DNA of 59,899 nucleotides, taken from positions 1 through 59,899 of the forward strand of contig JAHBMJ010000026.1 of the NCBI GenBank assembly GCA_018398765.1, given 5' to 3'. The notes beneath the pieces were generated by a model. That model made no database searches. It was not told where the DNA came from and saw only the letters and a list, made by a program, of their open reading frames with translations. Every line of letters starts with the position of its first letter. Positions within the stretch are counted from its first letter, which is position 1. The position numbers and the translations under genes were made by a program. This DNA comes from Chromera velia (lineage: Eukaryota). Below, one piece after another: positions 12,003 to 24,768 of the stretch.

Positions 12003-12689
12003 GATCACATTTCTCCGGCCGCCGGCCCGTTGGCAACGTCTGCGGGTTGCAGTGCCAAAAACCAGTACACATGCAAAAATCCGTCTCTCTAGCTTAATTG
12101 CTCTTCACGCGCAGCACCAGGTCCTCCCGCTGCTGCGCCTATTCAAATCGAAAGTGACTTAAAGTCTCTGATGCAGAGAAGAGTCTGAAAAGACGCTTGT
12201 AATGGGCGCCTCTTAACTCGGACTCAGACTAACTCAGACAATGAGTAATCAGACATATCAGACTTTTTATAGAGTAACACATCCTAGAACACATCAAACT
12301 AAACTAACTAAACCAAAGACCACTGACCACGTACATATCGATAGCCACATATGGCCATATGCAACTAGTTTAGTTCATAATTTAGTTAGTTAGTTTGGTT
12401 TTTCGAGAAAATATGAACTAACTAAAGAACTAAACTCACTAAAGTCCACGCCTAGAATTTAGTTTTCTAAATTACTTTAGTTTAATTATTATTTATTATT
12501 ATTCTACATTAGTTAAAATTCTTGAGGTTATTCCCTTAAATTACTCTTTAATTACTTAGGCAATTAAATTATTCTAAATCCCTACAAAAAAGTTAAGGAA
12601 TATGTTAGAAATTAATATGTAAGAAATATATCTCAGAAATATATAAGAAATATTATAGAAATCTTTAGAGGGGGGGTATTGACTTTAAG

Positions 12690-14590
12690 TTTGTTCCTAG
12701 CATTTGGTCTATGCGTCTTTCATCTCTTCTTTCTGTCCTGGTTACTGCTCTCGCTGCTAGCTCTCTCTCTCATGCGACTTCATACTTAATGCTCCTCCAT
12801 CTGAATGCCTTCTTCGGCATTTGCTAAGTACTTCCTATCCCTCAGTCATAACCAGTGCACTGTCTACTCTTCCTTCCTTCCAGCCCTCCCCCTGCACTCC
12901 TCTGGTCCCCCGAATGCACGCGCTTGCCGCTTTCAGGTGGGCAATCTGCAGTCGGGCTCGGATCCAGCTGCACGTCTTGCTTACGTGTTGCCCCCATTTC
13001 TTACTTAATTGCTCTGCCACCCTCTTCAAAAATATCTTAGCCTCCCCTTCTATCGTCCCGTCGACTGCACTCACAAGTGGGGTGAAGTCGCACCCTCTGT
13101 CCGCGCTTGCCTGCCCATGTTTCCTCTTCTTTTCTTCTGTTGCTGCTTTGAGGGCTTGAGTCCAGGTCACCTTCTCCCTCAAGGCGGCGTGTGGGTTTAT
13201 CACCCTGGTATCGAAAATTGCCAGCCTCTATAGAGTATAGGCCCCCTAGACTTGGAAGTCCCCCCTTAGCGCCGGACATCCCTGCACCTCCCCTTCCTCC
13301 CTAATGATTGGCTCCTTTGCGTGAACCGCTCCCGCGGGGTATGCTTCCACTGCTAGACTCGCCCATGTACGGTTGACTTCATCATGTCGCAGCGTGGGCA
13401 GTCCCCCTACTGGGCAGTTAAGGGCGTGTTGTAGACTCCACCTTCCCCCACATCGCTTTCATCTACTCTTTTTCCCCCTTACCTCTGATATCGGATTATT
13501 ATCGCATCTCGAAATTCGTCTGGGCTAAGAGTCATTCTGTGTTCCTTCAGGGGGGTGGCCATCAGCCATCCTGACTGCCTCTTTTCTTTTGACTGCCTGA
13601 CTTCCTCACATTGGTCCTCACTGGCTGCCTGCCCTGACTGGCTGCCTAACCTCTCCCACTCCTTCTCTACTGCTTCTTTTATTACTTTTTTGTGGGCTGC
13701 CCTTGCTTTCTGCCCCCTCTTCACGTACTTGTCTGCGTCTATGTCCTCTCTGCGCAGGATGGCCTCTATGATCGCTTCACTGGCTACGGCTGAGGTCTTG
13801 TAGTCCCTGTCTGCTGTTTCGGTGGGTTTGAAGATGCCTAGGCCTAGCAGTCGGACCGGGAAGGCGGCAACGTCTCTCAGCTACACGTCGTGCTGGGTGG
13901 GAGGCCCTCCATTCCATCGTCCTTTCATCAGGGTGGGGATGAGCCTCAGGCGGTCTCTGATTGTGCTTTCCAGCTGCCCCATCTGTCCCCCTGCCCCTGG
14001 CACTACCCGCACCACAAACTTCCATTCATGTTGCAAGGATTTGGAACAGGCTACGTATGCTTCGTATGGGGCAAATTCTGCCGCTGTTGCGACTCTTCCC
14101 ACGTTTCTGGTCCACTCTTTCACCTTCTCCTGCATTCATTTCTCTCTATGTGCGTCCATGCCTATGTGCCCCCCTAGGAGACGCGTCCCCTCTACTATCT
14201 GCAGGTCGGAGAACTCTGCAAAAATCTCTTTGGCTTTCTACATAAATTGTGGGAGCACTGCAAGGATCAACTTGTCCACCTCCACTACATACCCTGCCGC
14301 GGGCCCCCTCTTGACTAACTCGCGCAGCCATGCTCGCAGCTGGCGTAACCAGCCGGTATTGAACGCGTTATCCGTATACCAAAGCTGGTGCCAGTATCTC
14401 TAGGGGGGATTGGGCTCCTACTGCTGTTGCTTTTTCTTCTCCGTTCCGGCTGCCACCCCTGCACTCCATCTGTCCGCTATGAAAAACCAGTCGCTTCCGT
14501 TTTGGGCCGACGCGAAGGCGGCTAAAGAAGACGATGCTGTACGATGCGAATCGCCAAGGGGCAGGGCTGGTGGGCGAGCTGAGCGGGGGT
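12690..14590 (-). mobile_element. Truncated or internally deleted CRE-like non-LTR retrotransposon (end of RT, CCHC knuckle remnant, RLE endonuclease), decayed
   Basis: Minus-strand peptides QLWYTDN (degenerate WYADD, ~14370-14390), GWLMATP...LSPDEFRDAIIIRY, HALNCPVGGLPTLRHDE, GDF...FDTRV, and [10 protein letters not shown]...[13 protein letters not shown]...[22 protein letters not shown]. Multiple stops; boundaries approximate. Confidence 0.82.
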
Positions 14591-14596
14591 ATGAGT

Positions 14597-14765
14597 GGAG
14601 GGAGGAGGGGGGGGAGGAGGAGGAGGAGGAAGAGGAGGAGGAGGACGATGAGGAAGAAGAGGCATGGAGGGAGGAGGGGGAGGAGGAAGAGGAGGAGGAG
14701 GAGGAGGAGGAGGAGGAAGAGGAGGAGGGGGAGGGGGAAGAGGGGAAGGGAGAGGAGGAGAGGAT
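14597..14765 (+). repeat. (GAG)n-like purine microsatellite
   Basis: Visible gaggaggag run at the 5' junction of the non-LTR fragment. Confidence 0.9.
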
Positions 14766-15545
14766 GAAATTTAGAAATATTATAGAAATGATAATCTGAA
14801 ATATTATAGAAATCTTCAAAACTTAATTAAAAGTTAGAAATCTGAGATTTCTACAATATTTCTATAATATTTCTAAACATTTCTATACTATTTCTTACAT
14901 ATCTAACATATTTCTTACATATTTCTAAAATATTTCTTAACTTTTTTATAGGGATTACTCAAACCTGCGAGGTGGTTACTTCAAAAGTTTTAATGATTGA
15001 TCACTGGCCTAGTCATGCACTGGCAAACATATTTGTAAAAATGTCTTCATTATACATACATACAATAAATCTAGCAATAAATGCTAGAGTAACTTGAAAT
15101 GTTTACATTATTTCAGCACACAGCAGTCATTATTTTTACCAGTCATTAGTCATGGTCTTCTAAAAACTGCTTTAACTCTAGTTTTAACTTCATTGCAACA
15201 CATTGATACTTCAAGTCTGATCATTAATTAGTTTAATTAAGTTTTTACTTTAATATAGTATGTTTTATATTATTTCATATTAATATTTGTCTTCGTAATT
15301 CTTCATTAAAGCAATTTTAGACTTCATGCCACATGAGCTCCATACGCAAACACATCACAATGACAATGTTTTATCTATTTTGACTCAATGTCTACTATAG
15401 TTCCAATCAATTTACATGCATAACAAAAACCCCGATCACCACATGCACATACTGATTTATGACCGACTCTGGTCTGTTATGCTGACGTGCTAGAGATCGA
15501 GTGATACTGTACACTGCATGTCAGTCGGGAGGAAAAAACGGATTT

Positions 15546-18500
15546 TTATCGAGACAGGGAAAAAGGGGGGGCCGCGGAGACGCGGAGGGGAATGACGTCG
15601 ACCCACTGCGTTGTTTCGTCTTCAGCCGTCGACAGCCTCTCTGCTGGCATTCGTGTATGTGAATTCTCTCTTGAGCCCTCATTGGCACTCTGAGAAGCCC
15701 CCAGAGGTGCTGCCAGAACAGACGGCTGGGAGCTCGGGAAAGCCGTTGGGTCTACCGGCATGAGGGGCGACAGTCTGAAACCTCCTCGGAACTCGTCTGC
15801 AATTTCTGCAGGGGAACCCGCAAGCGCGCGGGTGTGCTGCCCAACGGATGGACGGGGGTCTGGCACAGCGACGTGCTTCTCGTTTTGGCTTTCGTTGCCT
15901 GCAGAAGGAAGAAGGGACCGGTCAGAGACCTGTCCGTTTCTCGGATTCGTTTCCCTATCTGCAATGGAACGTCTCCCCTGAGACTCTCTCGCTTGGTTGT
16001 CAATCGGTCTTTCAAGAACAGCAGTGGCAGAGGAGACAGGTGCAACACGGCCTGCTCTCTCCCTGTGAACCACCGGACTGTGGAGGGGGAAAAGAACGTT
16101 GCTCTCGAACCCCAACCTAGACACGGTGTGACGCCATCCCAAGTCTTCATCTGCTGCCTCCAGACATCGAGGCTTTGCCGCTGAAGCAGGTGGCATCTTC
16201 TTCCTTTCTCCTTCTGGAGGAATCCCTTTCATCTGGCTTCTGCTTGTTGCGCCTTCCTTCATGAATACAGTGACAGGGGACTCCTCTCTGTCTCGATCCG
16301 TCCTCTGAACTCTCTGGGCAGACTCAGCAGGGGGAAGTCGAGAAAGCTCACACACACTGGTGTCGTTCCCTGAAGTCTCGACAGGGAACGAGGGCGTGCA
16401 GACTGATCCGGTGCGGTCTCCACCCCTCTTCACGGTCTCATCTCCACCCCTCTTCACGGTCTCATCCCCACCCCTCTGCTCTCTCTCTGACTCACACTTA
16501 GACCGCACCCCTTCCCTTCCGTTTTCAACAGCACCTTCTCTAGCCGTCCTTTCACCTTCCTCCTCTACCCCCCCATGAGTCCCCCGTGCAAGCAATCCTG
16601 CACTCACGTGCTCCCTCTCCAGAGAAGAAGAGAGACGAATAACGAACCCCGGGTCGGGTTGGGGGGGGGCTCCGTCAAGTCTTCTCTGCAGGGGACCTGA
16701 ACTTGTCTGAGGAGCCGTGTTTGCATGGGGTCCTAGAGAGAGGAAACGACTGATCGTCGAAGAGTCCCCGAAGGACCCTGACGGATTTCTTGCTGATTTT
16801 CCCCCAACGTTCTTTTCCTCTTCCTCGGCTTCTCTCATCACCCTGTGCAGAATCCCCCACAACCGACCTGATGGTGTGACATTCGGACCGTTTATTTCCT
16901 GCTGACCTTCCGACTGCAGTCGCGCTGTCAGACTTGCAGGAGGACACACAGGCGCAAAGGCGGAAGAGGGAGACGGTAGAGAAATGGGACCTTCACGGGG
17001 ACCTCCCATCACCCCTGCTGTCCCCACCCCCCCTGGGGACAGGTTGACGGACAGGCTCGGTTGCTGTGCATCGGGGAGGGGCGTTTTTCGGGGAACTCGG
17101 AATCCCCCATTCCCTCCTTCAAGTTCCCTTTCTCTGTCCTCTCCTAAACGAGAAAGGGAAAGGGCTCCACGACCCAGACCCCCCGGAGAACTGAGAGGAC
17201 CCCAGGGGAGGAATCTGAGCCCTCCAGGGGAGGAGAGACCCTCGAGGCTGCCACCCATAGATGCTGAGGGGAATGTGCGCTGTTGGTATTTGATTTCCTG
17301 CAGGAAGTGGGAGAAGCCTTCTTGTCTGCCCACGACCTGTCCCCTCAGGTGCACGGTGTGGGAGTCTGGGAGAGGAGGGCTGCTTGGAGTTGTGTTAGGA
17401 TGTTGGGGTCTGAGTGTGGTACTTGGGTGAGTGCCTCTCTCTTTCTGTTTCCCTTCTAAGTGAGGCAAGTGGGGAGCGAATCCAGGAACGAGGGGAGGGG
17501 AAGCAATGGTGGCCGGGAAAGGGAACTCACGATCCCTAGGGCGGTACGGTGGGGGCTCCTCACTGGATTCTAGTCCCACTTCCTGAGTCTGTACACTTGG
17601 AGAGTGTAGAAACTCCCGGATAGTGACCGTATGCGGACTGGGAGCACTGACACCGACAGGAAAGGACTCCTGCAGGGGGGCTGTTGCCGTCTCCTTTTTT
17701 GCTGAAGGAAGAAGATGGCTTCTGTGCGGACTGCGCCCCTGTCTCTGTCTCTCCTTGCCAGAGATTTTCTCCCCATTCATCAAAGCTGCCGCAATTGGTC
17801 TGTGTGCCGAGACGGATCGGGAATCCGGTGGCACAGCAGGAGAATGAAGGGGGACACGCTGCACCCTTCCCCTTTGCCCCCCTATCCGACCGTCTGCACT
17901 GACCGACCGCATCATGTGCCCTCCAGAACGTTCTGTCCTTCTCCGCATTCTACACAGAGCTCCCACCGTCGGGAGGGCACCCGGGCGGACTGTCTTGGAA
18001 GACTGGGGGGGTGCTGAGGAGGGGCGGGTGTGGGGTGGAAGCGTTGGGAGTGGGAGCTTCTGGAGTGAGTCTGCTAAACCCTTTAGGCTGGTGGGCTTTT
18101 TCTCTTTCGAGTGCAGGGGATCGGGGACCCCAAACGGGGGGAGGGAGGGATGAGGAAGCCTTAGGATAGATCCGACGCGCCGTCTCTTACCCCCCGGACT
18201 TGAAAGCTCTGCTTCCCCTCCCGCTGGCTCTCCTCGTCGGTGCTCTTCTGTTTTTCCTCCTCCGAGAGAATCTACAGGAGGTGAAATTCCTCTCTCCTCT
18301 CTTGACTCCCTCACAGAGAGAGGGGACTCTCTGTCATCTTGTGACACGACAAAGTTTTTTTCTTCCTCTGAGAGGATCTGTTGGGGTGATTTGACAGTCT
18401 CGGGATCTCCTGCGGGAGTGACTGACAGGGCTTTCGCAATCGACGCAAGCAAGTCGAATGCTGCAGCTGTGGGGTCTCGGAGGTCGGCCCCACTTTGCAT

Positions 18501-20732
18501 CAGAGACGCTGCGTCAACTGCAGAGCGGCTGTGCAAACGGAGACCCGAAAGTTCTACTCCTTCACCCGTCGCCCCCTCTCCTAGAGGCTGGAAGCCCCTC
18601 ATTGTCAAGTCCCCCCCCGAGCTGGAGAGAAGCAGACTGTCATTCACAAGGGGAAGTGGAGGAATGTTGCCGTCGTCATCAACCCCTACTTCCCCTCTAC
18701 TCATCCTCATCACGTCCTCAGAACTTATTGGGGGTATCACCCCTGTGATAGATTCACCCGGAGGAATCACCCCTGAAAGAGATTCCCCTGCCTCCAAACG
18801 GTCCAACAATTCCGAGACTGAGGCTGCGAGTGTGGGGGGACGGGGAGAGGTGGAAGGACGACATTGGGTGGGTGCAATGGGAGGCGTGGGGGCGAGCTGT
18901 CGACGTGCCCCTCCAGACTTCACCACAGGGGCACATCCCTCCCTTTTGGAAGGCTTCGGAAGGGGCTGCGTTGCTCTGGAGACTTCATGGGAAGTTCGGA
19001 TCCTCGATGCGTCCGTTGCGTCAGGTTTGGAGAGGGGAGGGGAGTGAGGAGGAAGAGGGCTGGACAGGGTGGGGGGCTCTCTTGAGGCAGACGCGTGGAG
19101 AGGGACTGAGGAGTTATGCTTTGATGCGGTGGGAGGTTCATCTGGAGAATCCGCGTTTTGTTCCTTTCTTTCTACCCCCCTTGCAGCCTCAGAAGCATCT
19201 CCGTGTTGCCCCCTCTGTTCCCTGAAGAGTGCGAGAAGCTCTGTGTCAGAGAGACTCCTGACTACCCTCTCGAAGTCTGAGAAGTGCTGAAGGCTCCCGG
19301 AGGTGGGAGAGGGAAGGAGGAGACCCGAGAGGCCGTCTCCAGACGGACCACTTAGGAGAGGATTTGCAGATGCTCCGCCCTGCACAGCAGACGTTGAGAA
19401 AGGGGGGAATGGGGAACACAATCTCATGAATCAGCATACATTTCAATCGTGCCATGCCGGCGACAAGGACTTGGTCTGCTGTTTGTCTGTAGTCGGAAGC
19501 AGACACGCAACAGAGCAAAACTCTTTACGCACAAAACAATATTCGCAGCGAAAGAGTGCGACGGTGCTGGCCTGTCAATCTCGCTTTCGGCCTCCCTGTC
19601 TGTCTGCCTGTCCTGCTGTCTGTTTTACACCTTTGCGAGAGCAAGTAATGGAAACATAGAGGCAATGATATGGTCAGTTGTCTGCCCCCACCTCCTCTGC
19701 CTCTCCGACCGACCTGTGCAGCTCTCAAGCCCGTCAACCCGTCCGCAAGACCCACTCCCCCCACGCCGAATATGCCCCCGAAGGTCTCATCGAACAACTC
19801 TGATTCAGGACGAGAGGTCTCTGTCGGGTAGGCTGCTGCTAGAGGAGAGAGAGCAGCTGCGGACGACGTGCCGCTTCCTGACAGGGAGCAGACGGCATAG
19901 GCATCTCCTCTCTGCCTCAGTGCAGCAGAGAGGGGGGATGTTGGACTCCCATCCTTCCCTGCCTGTGCATGGGCTTTCACCGCCCCGGGTGCACCAGATG
20001 AAGGAGGGAACCACGGAACCAGAGCGCTGCTCCCTGCTCCCGTTGAGGCACCGACGACAGGACGGAGAGAGAGGATGCGCCCTGCCAGGGCTCCCTGCTG
20101 GTGTGTTCCTGTCCCCCCCCTCCCCGCTCCTGGAAAAGGAAAAGTAGGCGCACAGCCTTGGCCCTCTGATGCCCTGATCAATTTTGCGTATCTTAGAGAG
20201 TGCCTGTCCCCATGCACTCTCTGCACCAACCCTTCTTTCCCATTCCCCCCTTTCCCTTTCCCTGTAATGCGCGCAAGCTCGTCAAGTGACGACGGTGCAC
20301 TGAGAGAAGAGGAGAAAGAATTCTCGGAAGTCTCCCAGTCGTCTAGATTACACCGCCAAGAAAAGGGAGAGACCGGCACAAAACCCGACCGCCAGGGCTC
20401 GGGCTCTTGCCCCAACACGCTCACACTCCCGTAGTCTCTAATCCACACCCGCTCCCCCCCCCTGTCCCTGCCGACAGGGCCCCTTCCTCTGCGGCGCGGC
20501 ACACTCCTCCCTCTCTTTTTGAAAGTTCGACTGTTTCGGAGGGACGTGTGCGGGGATCGAGGAAGAAGACCCGTTCCTTCCCTCTCTCCCTTCTTCAGCT
20601 CTCTGCAGAGTAAGAAAAGAGAAGAAGCGTGAGGAACAGGTGCATGCTCAAACATGATTTGGGGCAAGATGCAGTGAGGGTACACAGCGGAATGAACGAC
20701 AGAGGGACAAGAAAGGAATCGAGAGAAATGAA

Positions 20733-20799
<67 letters not shown>

Positions 20800-22400
20800 C
20801 AGAGAGAGAGCGGGGGAAGGCGGGAAGGGAGCGAGAGGCAGGAAGAGGGAAAATGAGAGAGAAGAGAACAGCACACACACACACACAAATCTCAAAAGGA
20901 ACATGTGAGACAGGGACAGGCAAATAGGCATCCACGGGGAAGGAGAAAGAACGCAAAACAAGGAACTGACTGACTAACCGGGAAAGACCGACTGAGTCCA
21001 ACAGTCGTTCGTTCTCTCTCTTCTTCTCTGCCAGCCACATCCCAAGCCTCTCTGCTGACCGACGCCCCCCCCCTGCCCCTCTTCTTTGCAAAGAACGGGA
21101 AGGAGGCACAGGCTCCCCACCGATTCGTCTCGGCCTATCGTTACGGACCCCTGAGTCAGGCTCAACACGCGCAAGCGTCGATGCGGGCTTCTCCAACATC
21201 TCCTCTCCCCTTTCTGCCCCAGTTCCCCTGGAAACTGACAACTGCAATCTAACTGCTTCCCCTCCCCCTTCCTCCCCCACCTCTTCCCCACAGACCTCTG
21301 CTTTCCCAAAACTTGGAAGGAGACTTGTCTCCTTCATCTTCACAGGAAGGTGGGGCTCCTTCTCCTTCGCTTTTTCTGCACCCAGAGAGGGGTGCCCAAC
21401 AGAGCCTGAAGATGCACCCGATGCACGACGTGACGCACGCACAGAGTCAGGGGGGCGTTTCGCAGAAGAAGAGGAAAGGGGGAAAGGACGCTGCGGGGTG
21501 AGAGACGGCACTTGATGTTGAGGGACAGGGGGAGGTGCGTGGGACATCGGCGCTTCTCTCTCCCCCCTTCCAAATTGGGGAGGGCCCCGGCGTGCCATCA
21601 GATAGGGGGGCTGGGCACTGGGCAAGACGCTGGGTGCACTCTGGGGCCTAGTTCCACCTCGAGTTTTGGCCCCGGAAAGCGAAACGGGGACTGGTCGTGC
21701 CCCAATCTCTTCCTTGACATGTCGGAGGTTCGGATGTTGGCCACCAGACAAATGAGGAGTGGTGGAAAGAACTTTCCTACACGTGCTGATACTGTTTTCT
21801 CCCTCTTTGGGATTCGGTGGGTGAAGGGCTGGCGAATGGCCCCTTGCATACTGCACAGGCCCTCCTTTTTCTGTGTATTTTTCTCTTTCAGATGAGATGC
21901 TTGCATTTCCCGAAAGGGGACGTGCAGCTACAGGAATTGTCCTCTCTTCACTCTCTGTTGGAGGGGGCCTTGGCTTTTCTTCTTCTTCCTCCTCCTCGTC
22001 TCTCTCCCCCTCTACAGCGCCCGCCACTCCCCCTGTCGGGCAGAACGCCGGCCCGTTCCCATCCAGGCCTCCATCTCTCACCGCCCTGCCTCCACTCTCT
22101 TCAGCAGCCGTCTCCCCCTCCCCCCCCTTCGATGACGCTCTGTGTTCGTGATTCAATGAACTTCTGAGGTCTGTCTGTTGAGGGGCGGACAGTTCATCTG
22201 GGGAGACAAGGTGCGAACGAAACTGCAAGGCAGCCTCCACAGGGCTCCCAGTGCAGCTGCTATTTTGCCTCTCCCCCGGAGGAAAGTCGTCCTGCTGGTC
22301 CGAGGAGGAGTGGTCCACTGACAGAGCCTCGACGCTGCAGCATCGATCAGGCCATTGAAAGAAAGCCACGAGAGGTGAGGAGAAGGGGAGTAAGCAAAAA
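15546..22400 (-). CDS. Large low-complexity (S/P/G/E/R-rich) hypothetical protein, at least 3 exons (~22330-20979, 20602-19714, 19379-15546); start exon unresolved
   Basis: ORFs 20648-22438, 19525-20961 and 15546-19427 join in frame through GT-AG introns 20978-20603 (phase 2) and 19713-19380 (phase 0). No domain recognised. A 24-bp coding repeat (RGGDETVK) lies at ~16413-16475. Confidence 0.7.
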
Positions 22401-23100
22401 GAGGCAGAAGGAGACGGGTTCGTACTTGTGACACGCACTTTTTTCTTCAGGCAACTGGCACACTGATTCTGACATACACACCTCCCCCTACATGATCAAG
22501 GTCAATGCATGCAAGAGGGATCCCCACCTTCGCTGAAAGTCCACAATGTAATCCCTCAGGCGAAACGAGGCCGGACGCTCCATTTCGGAAGTCACAACAG
22601 CGAGTTGCAATGGCGATGTCAAGCGCTCTGTACAAAAGAAGTTCTGATTCTTTCCCAAAGCGAGGACACTGTCAAAAGCATCCGAAGAGAGTCCATTCTA
22701 ATGCACAGAGTGACTCAAAATTCTGCTCGGAAGCCTCGGATACAGCTTCTTTGAGTTTCCTGAATCTGAACTTCCAATGGGGATGGACATTGTCTGCATG
22801 TGGGACTCATTCGATCCGTCTCGTTAAACTGACGCCTTCAGCAGCTGAATGTGCTTCTTGTGGCGATATGCTCTTGCGAAAGTCTGAAGCCGGATCCGGC
22901 GGCTGGCAGCGTCTTTGTTGTCTGAAGAATCTCCTTGAATCATCGGCAGAGCCGCTTCGCTTGGTAGCTGTCGTGTGCTGTCCTGGCCTCGATCAGTACA
23001 GACACGAGAGTGCGATCCGTGTTAATATGTATGTGTGTCTGCAGTGTGCCTGCATGATCTGCATATATATATGCCTGCATGACAAAGCAATATGAAGAAT

Positions 23101-23155
23101 ATCGCGCGGCTGCATGCATGCATGTTCGCGCACGCGCGCGCGTTCCGCGCGAAAA
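23101..23155. promoter_or_regulatory. Candidate promoter module: TGCATGCATGCA plus E2F-like GCGCGAAAA
   Basis: TGCATGCA at 23111-23122 and GCGCGAAAA (TTTTCGCGC on minus) at 23147-23155, upstream of the minus-strand gene. Confidence 0.4.
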
Positions 23156-24768
23156 TCTTTAGTGTCTCTCTGGTCCTTTGTCGGGCCAGTATGGATCTTG
23201 CCTAGGCATAGGTCCTGTCCGTCTATTATGGCCAATCTGTTGCAAGCGCAAGCCCCTCGAACTAGGCCGCCGCGCCTAGCTTATACTACTCCACGGTGGA
23301 CAAAAATTAATACCTTTCATTCTCCGTGTGTTCGCGTGGTCAACTCTACCTATCTATGGATAAACGTTGTGGTCTTCCTTTTCCTTTCTCCAACTTCTTC
23401 TTCAATGGGTTCCTCAGCCCATTAAAAAAAATTTGTTTCTCCTCAACATTTCTTTATTAAACCTTTTCTTTACATCCATAAATTCTTTTGCACCCTTAGC
23501 GGCTTTTAGCTCCTTTGTCCTAGGGTATTTCACTAGAAAAAAAAAATAATAATAAAAATTAATTTTATACCCCCCCCTTCAAGTATGTAAAACACTTTAG
23601 ACATCTAAAAGTATGCCCAATGTGGTTCTTTACCTAAAAGAACCTTCATGAACTTAAAAAAAGACTTGTAACATCATGATTTATGGTGGTTATTTAAGGT
23701 TTTCATCATGTTGCCACTTATGGTTCTAAGAGTAGTAAAACATCGTTATGTAACCTAACACTTAACCTACCTAAACCTTATGTAACCTGGTATAACCTGC
23801 TTCAAATCACTTCATTAACACCAGCAGACATGATTTTAAAACCATATAACTCAACTTTCCTTCAGTTTTCATCCTTTTTGTCACTTTCACGCTTAATCAT
23901 ATCATTAAACTGACTTTCTGTGGCTACAAACGAGATAGTAGAGGGCTAAGCAGAGAAGACATGAGGGAGAAAAACTGAGAAAAAGGCTCTCTTGAACAAC
24001 CACAGCACCTTTCTGCTTTCGATCTTTTATTGCCATCACACTCTTTTCTCTGTTGTCCCTGATTCCATTTGTCTGCCAGCTTGAATGCTCCATCGCAAAT
24101 TTGTCAAAATTTAATTGACAATGTTTTTCCCGTGTGCATGACTGCTTAGCTTGCTGAGACGAGGTGTCTCAATAACAGTTTCAAAGAGTCAAATCATCAG
24201 TTTTAAGTTTGTTTTGAACAGTTTGAGGCTGGTTTATACTATGTTAATACTGGTATTGGCAGGTTCAAGCAGGTTTCAAAAGATGACAACGTTAAAATGA
24301 AGGTTCTGTAACCTTGTGTCCGAACCTTCATTGGCAACACCCCCTAAACTTACCCTTAACCTAATATAACCTTGCCAAACCAAGGATTTTACATGTGATT
24401 ATGTGTTCAAATGACTTTTTAGCAAAATTGAGTTAGGAATCTATTTAAAAAAATGTCTAAAAACTGTTTTTTTGTAAGGTTTTCTACTATAAAACCTAGT
24501 ATACCTCCATCAGAGTGAAATACCCTAGCCTTTGTCATGTTTCTTCAATCTGATGTTGTCAGGCTCTTCTCTCCATTTGTGTCTTTTCTATCTCTTAAAC
24601 ATCAAAATGGTCTTTCTCTTTCTTTTAATTCTCTTGCCAGCGCCCCTGCTGGCCCCCCCCCTATTCTTTTACTCTTTCTTCTCTGCAAAGCCCACATAGG
24701 CCGAAAACTCCCTCCCAAGCAGCATCTCTGTAACCTGTGTACAGTGTACCGCATGCACCGCGGCTTGC

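Larger units (their letters stand above)
10660..12455. mobile_element. Non-autonomous TIR element (hAT-like) with 8-bp TSD AATTTAGT, hosting two nested MITEs
   Basis: Left end CTAGGTATAGACTTTAGTTAG vs reverse complement of right end CTAGGCGTGGACTTTAGTGAG. Exact AATTTAGT at 10652-10659 and 12456-12463. Subterminal (TTAG)n/(CTAA)n motifs at both ends. Confidence 0.75.
12580..14953. mobile_element. Non-autonomous TIR element with CCCTA termini and AGAAATAT subterminal repeats (CACTA/EnSpm-like by inference), containing a non-LTR fragment
   Basis: CCCTACAAAAAAGTTAAG at 12580 mirrors CTTAACTTTTTTATAGGG ending at 14953. Arrays of AGAAATAT/ATATTTCT at both ends. AT on both flanks is a possible 2-bp TSD. 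Confidence 0.7.

Noticed and set aside
14410..14819. Poly-E, poly-S and poly-R ORFs
   Set aside because: Translations of the (GAG)n microsatellite.
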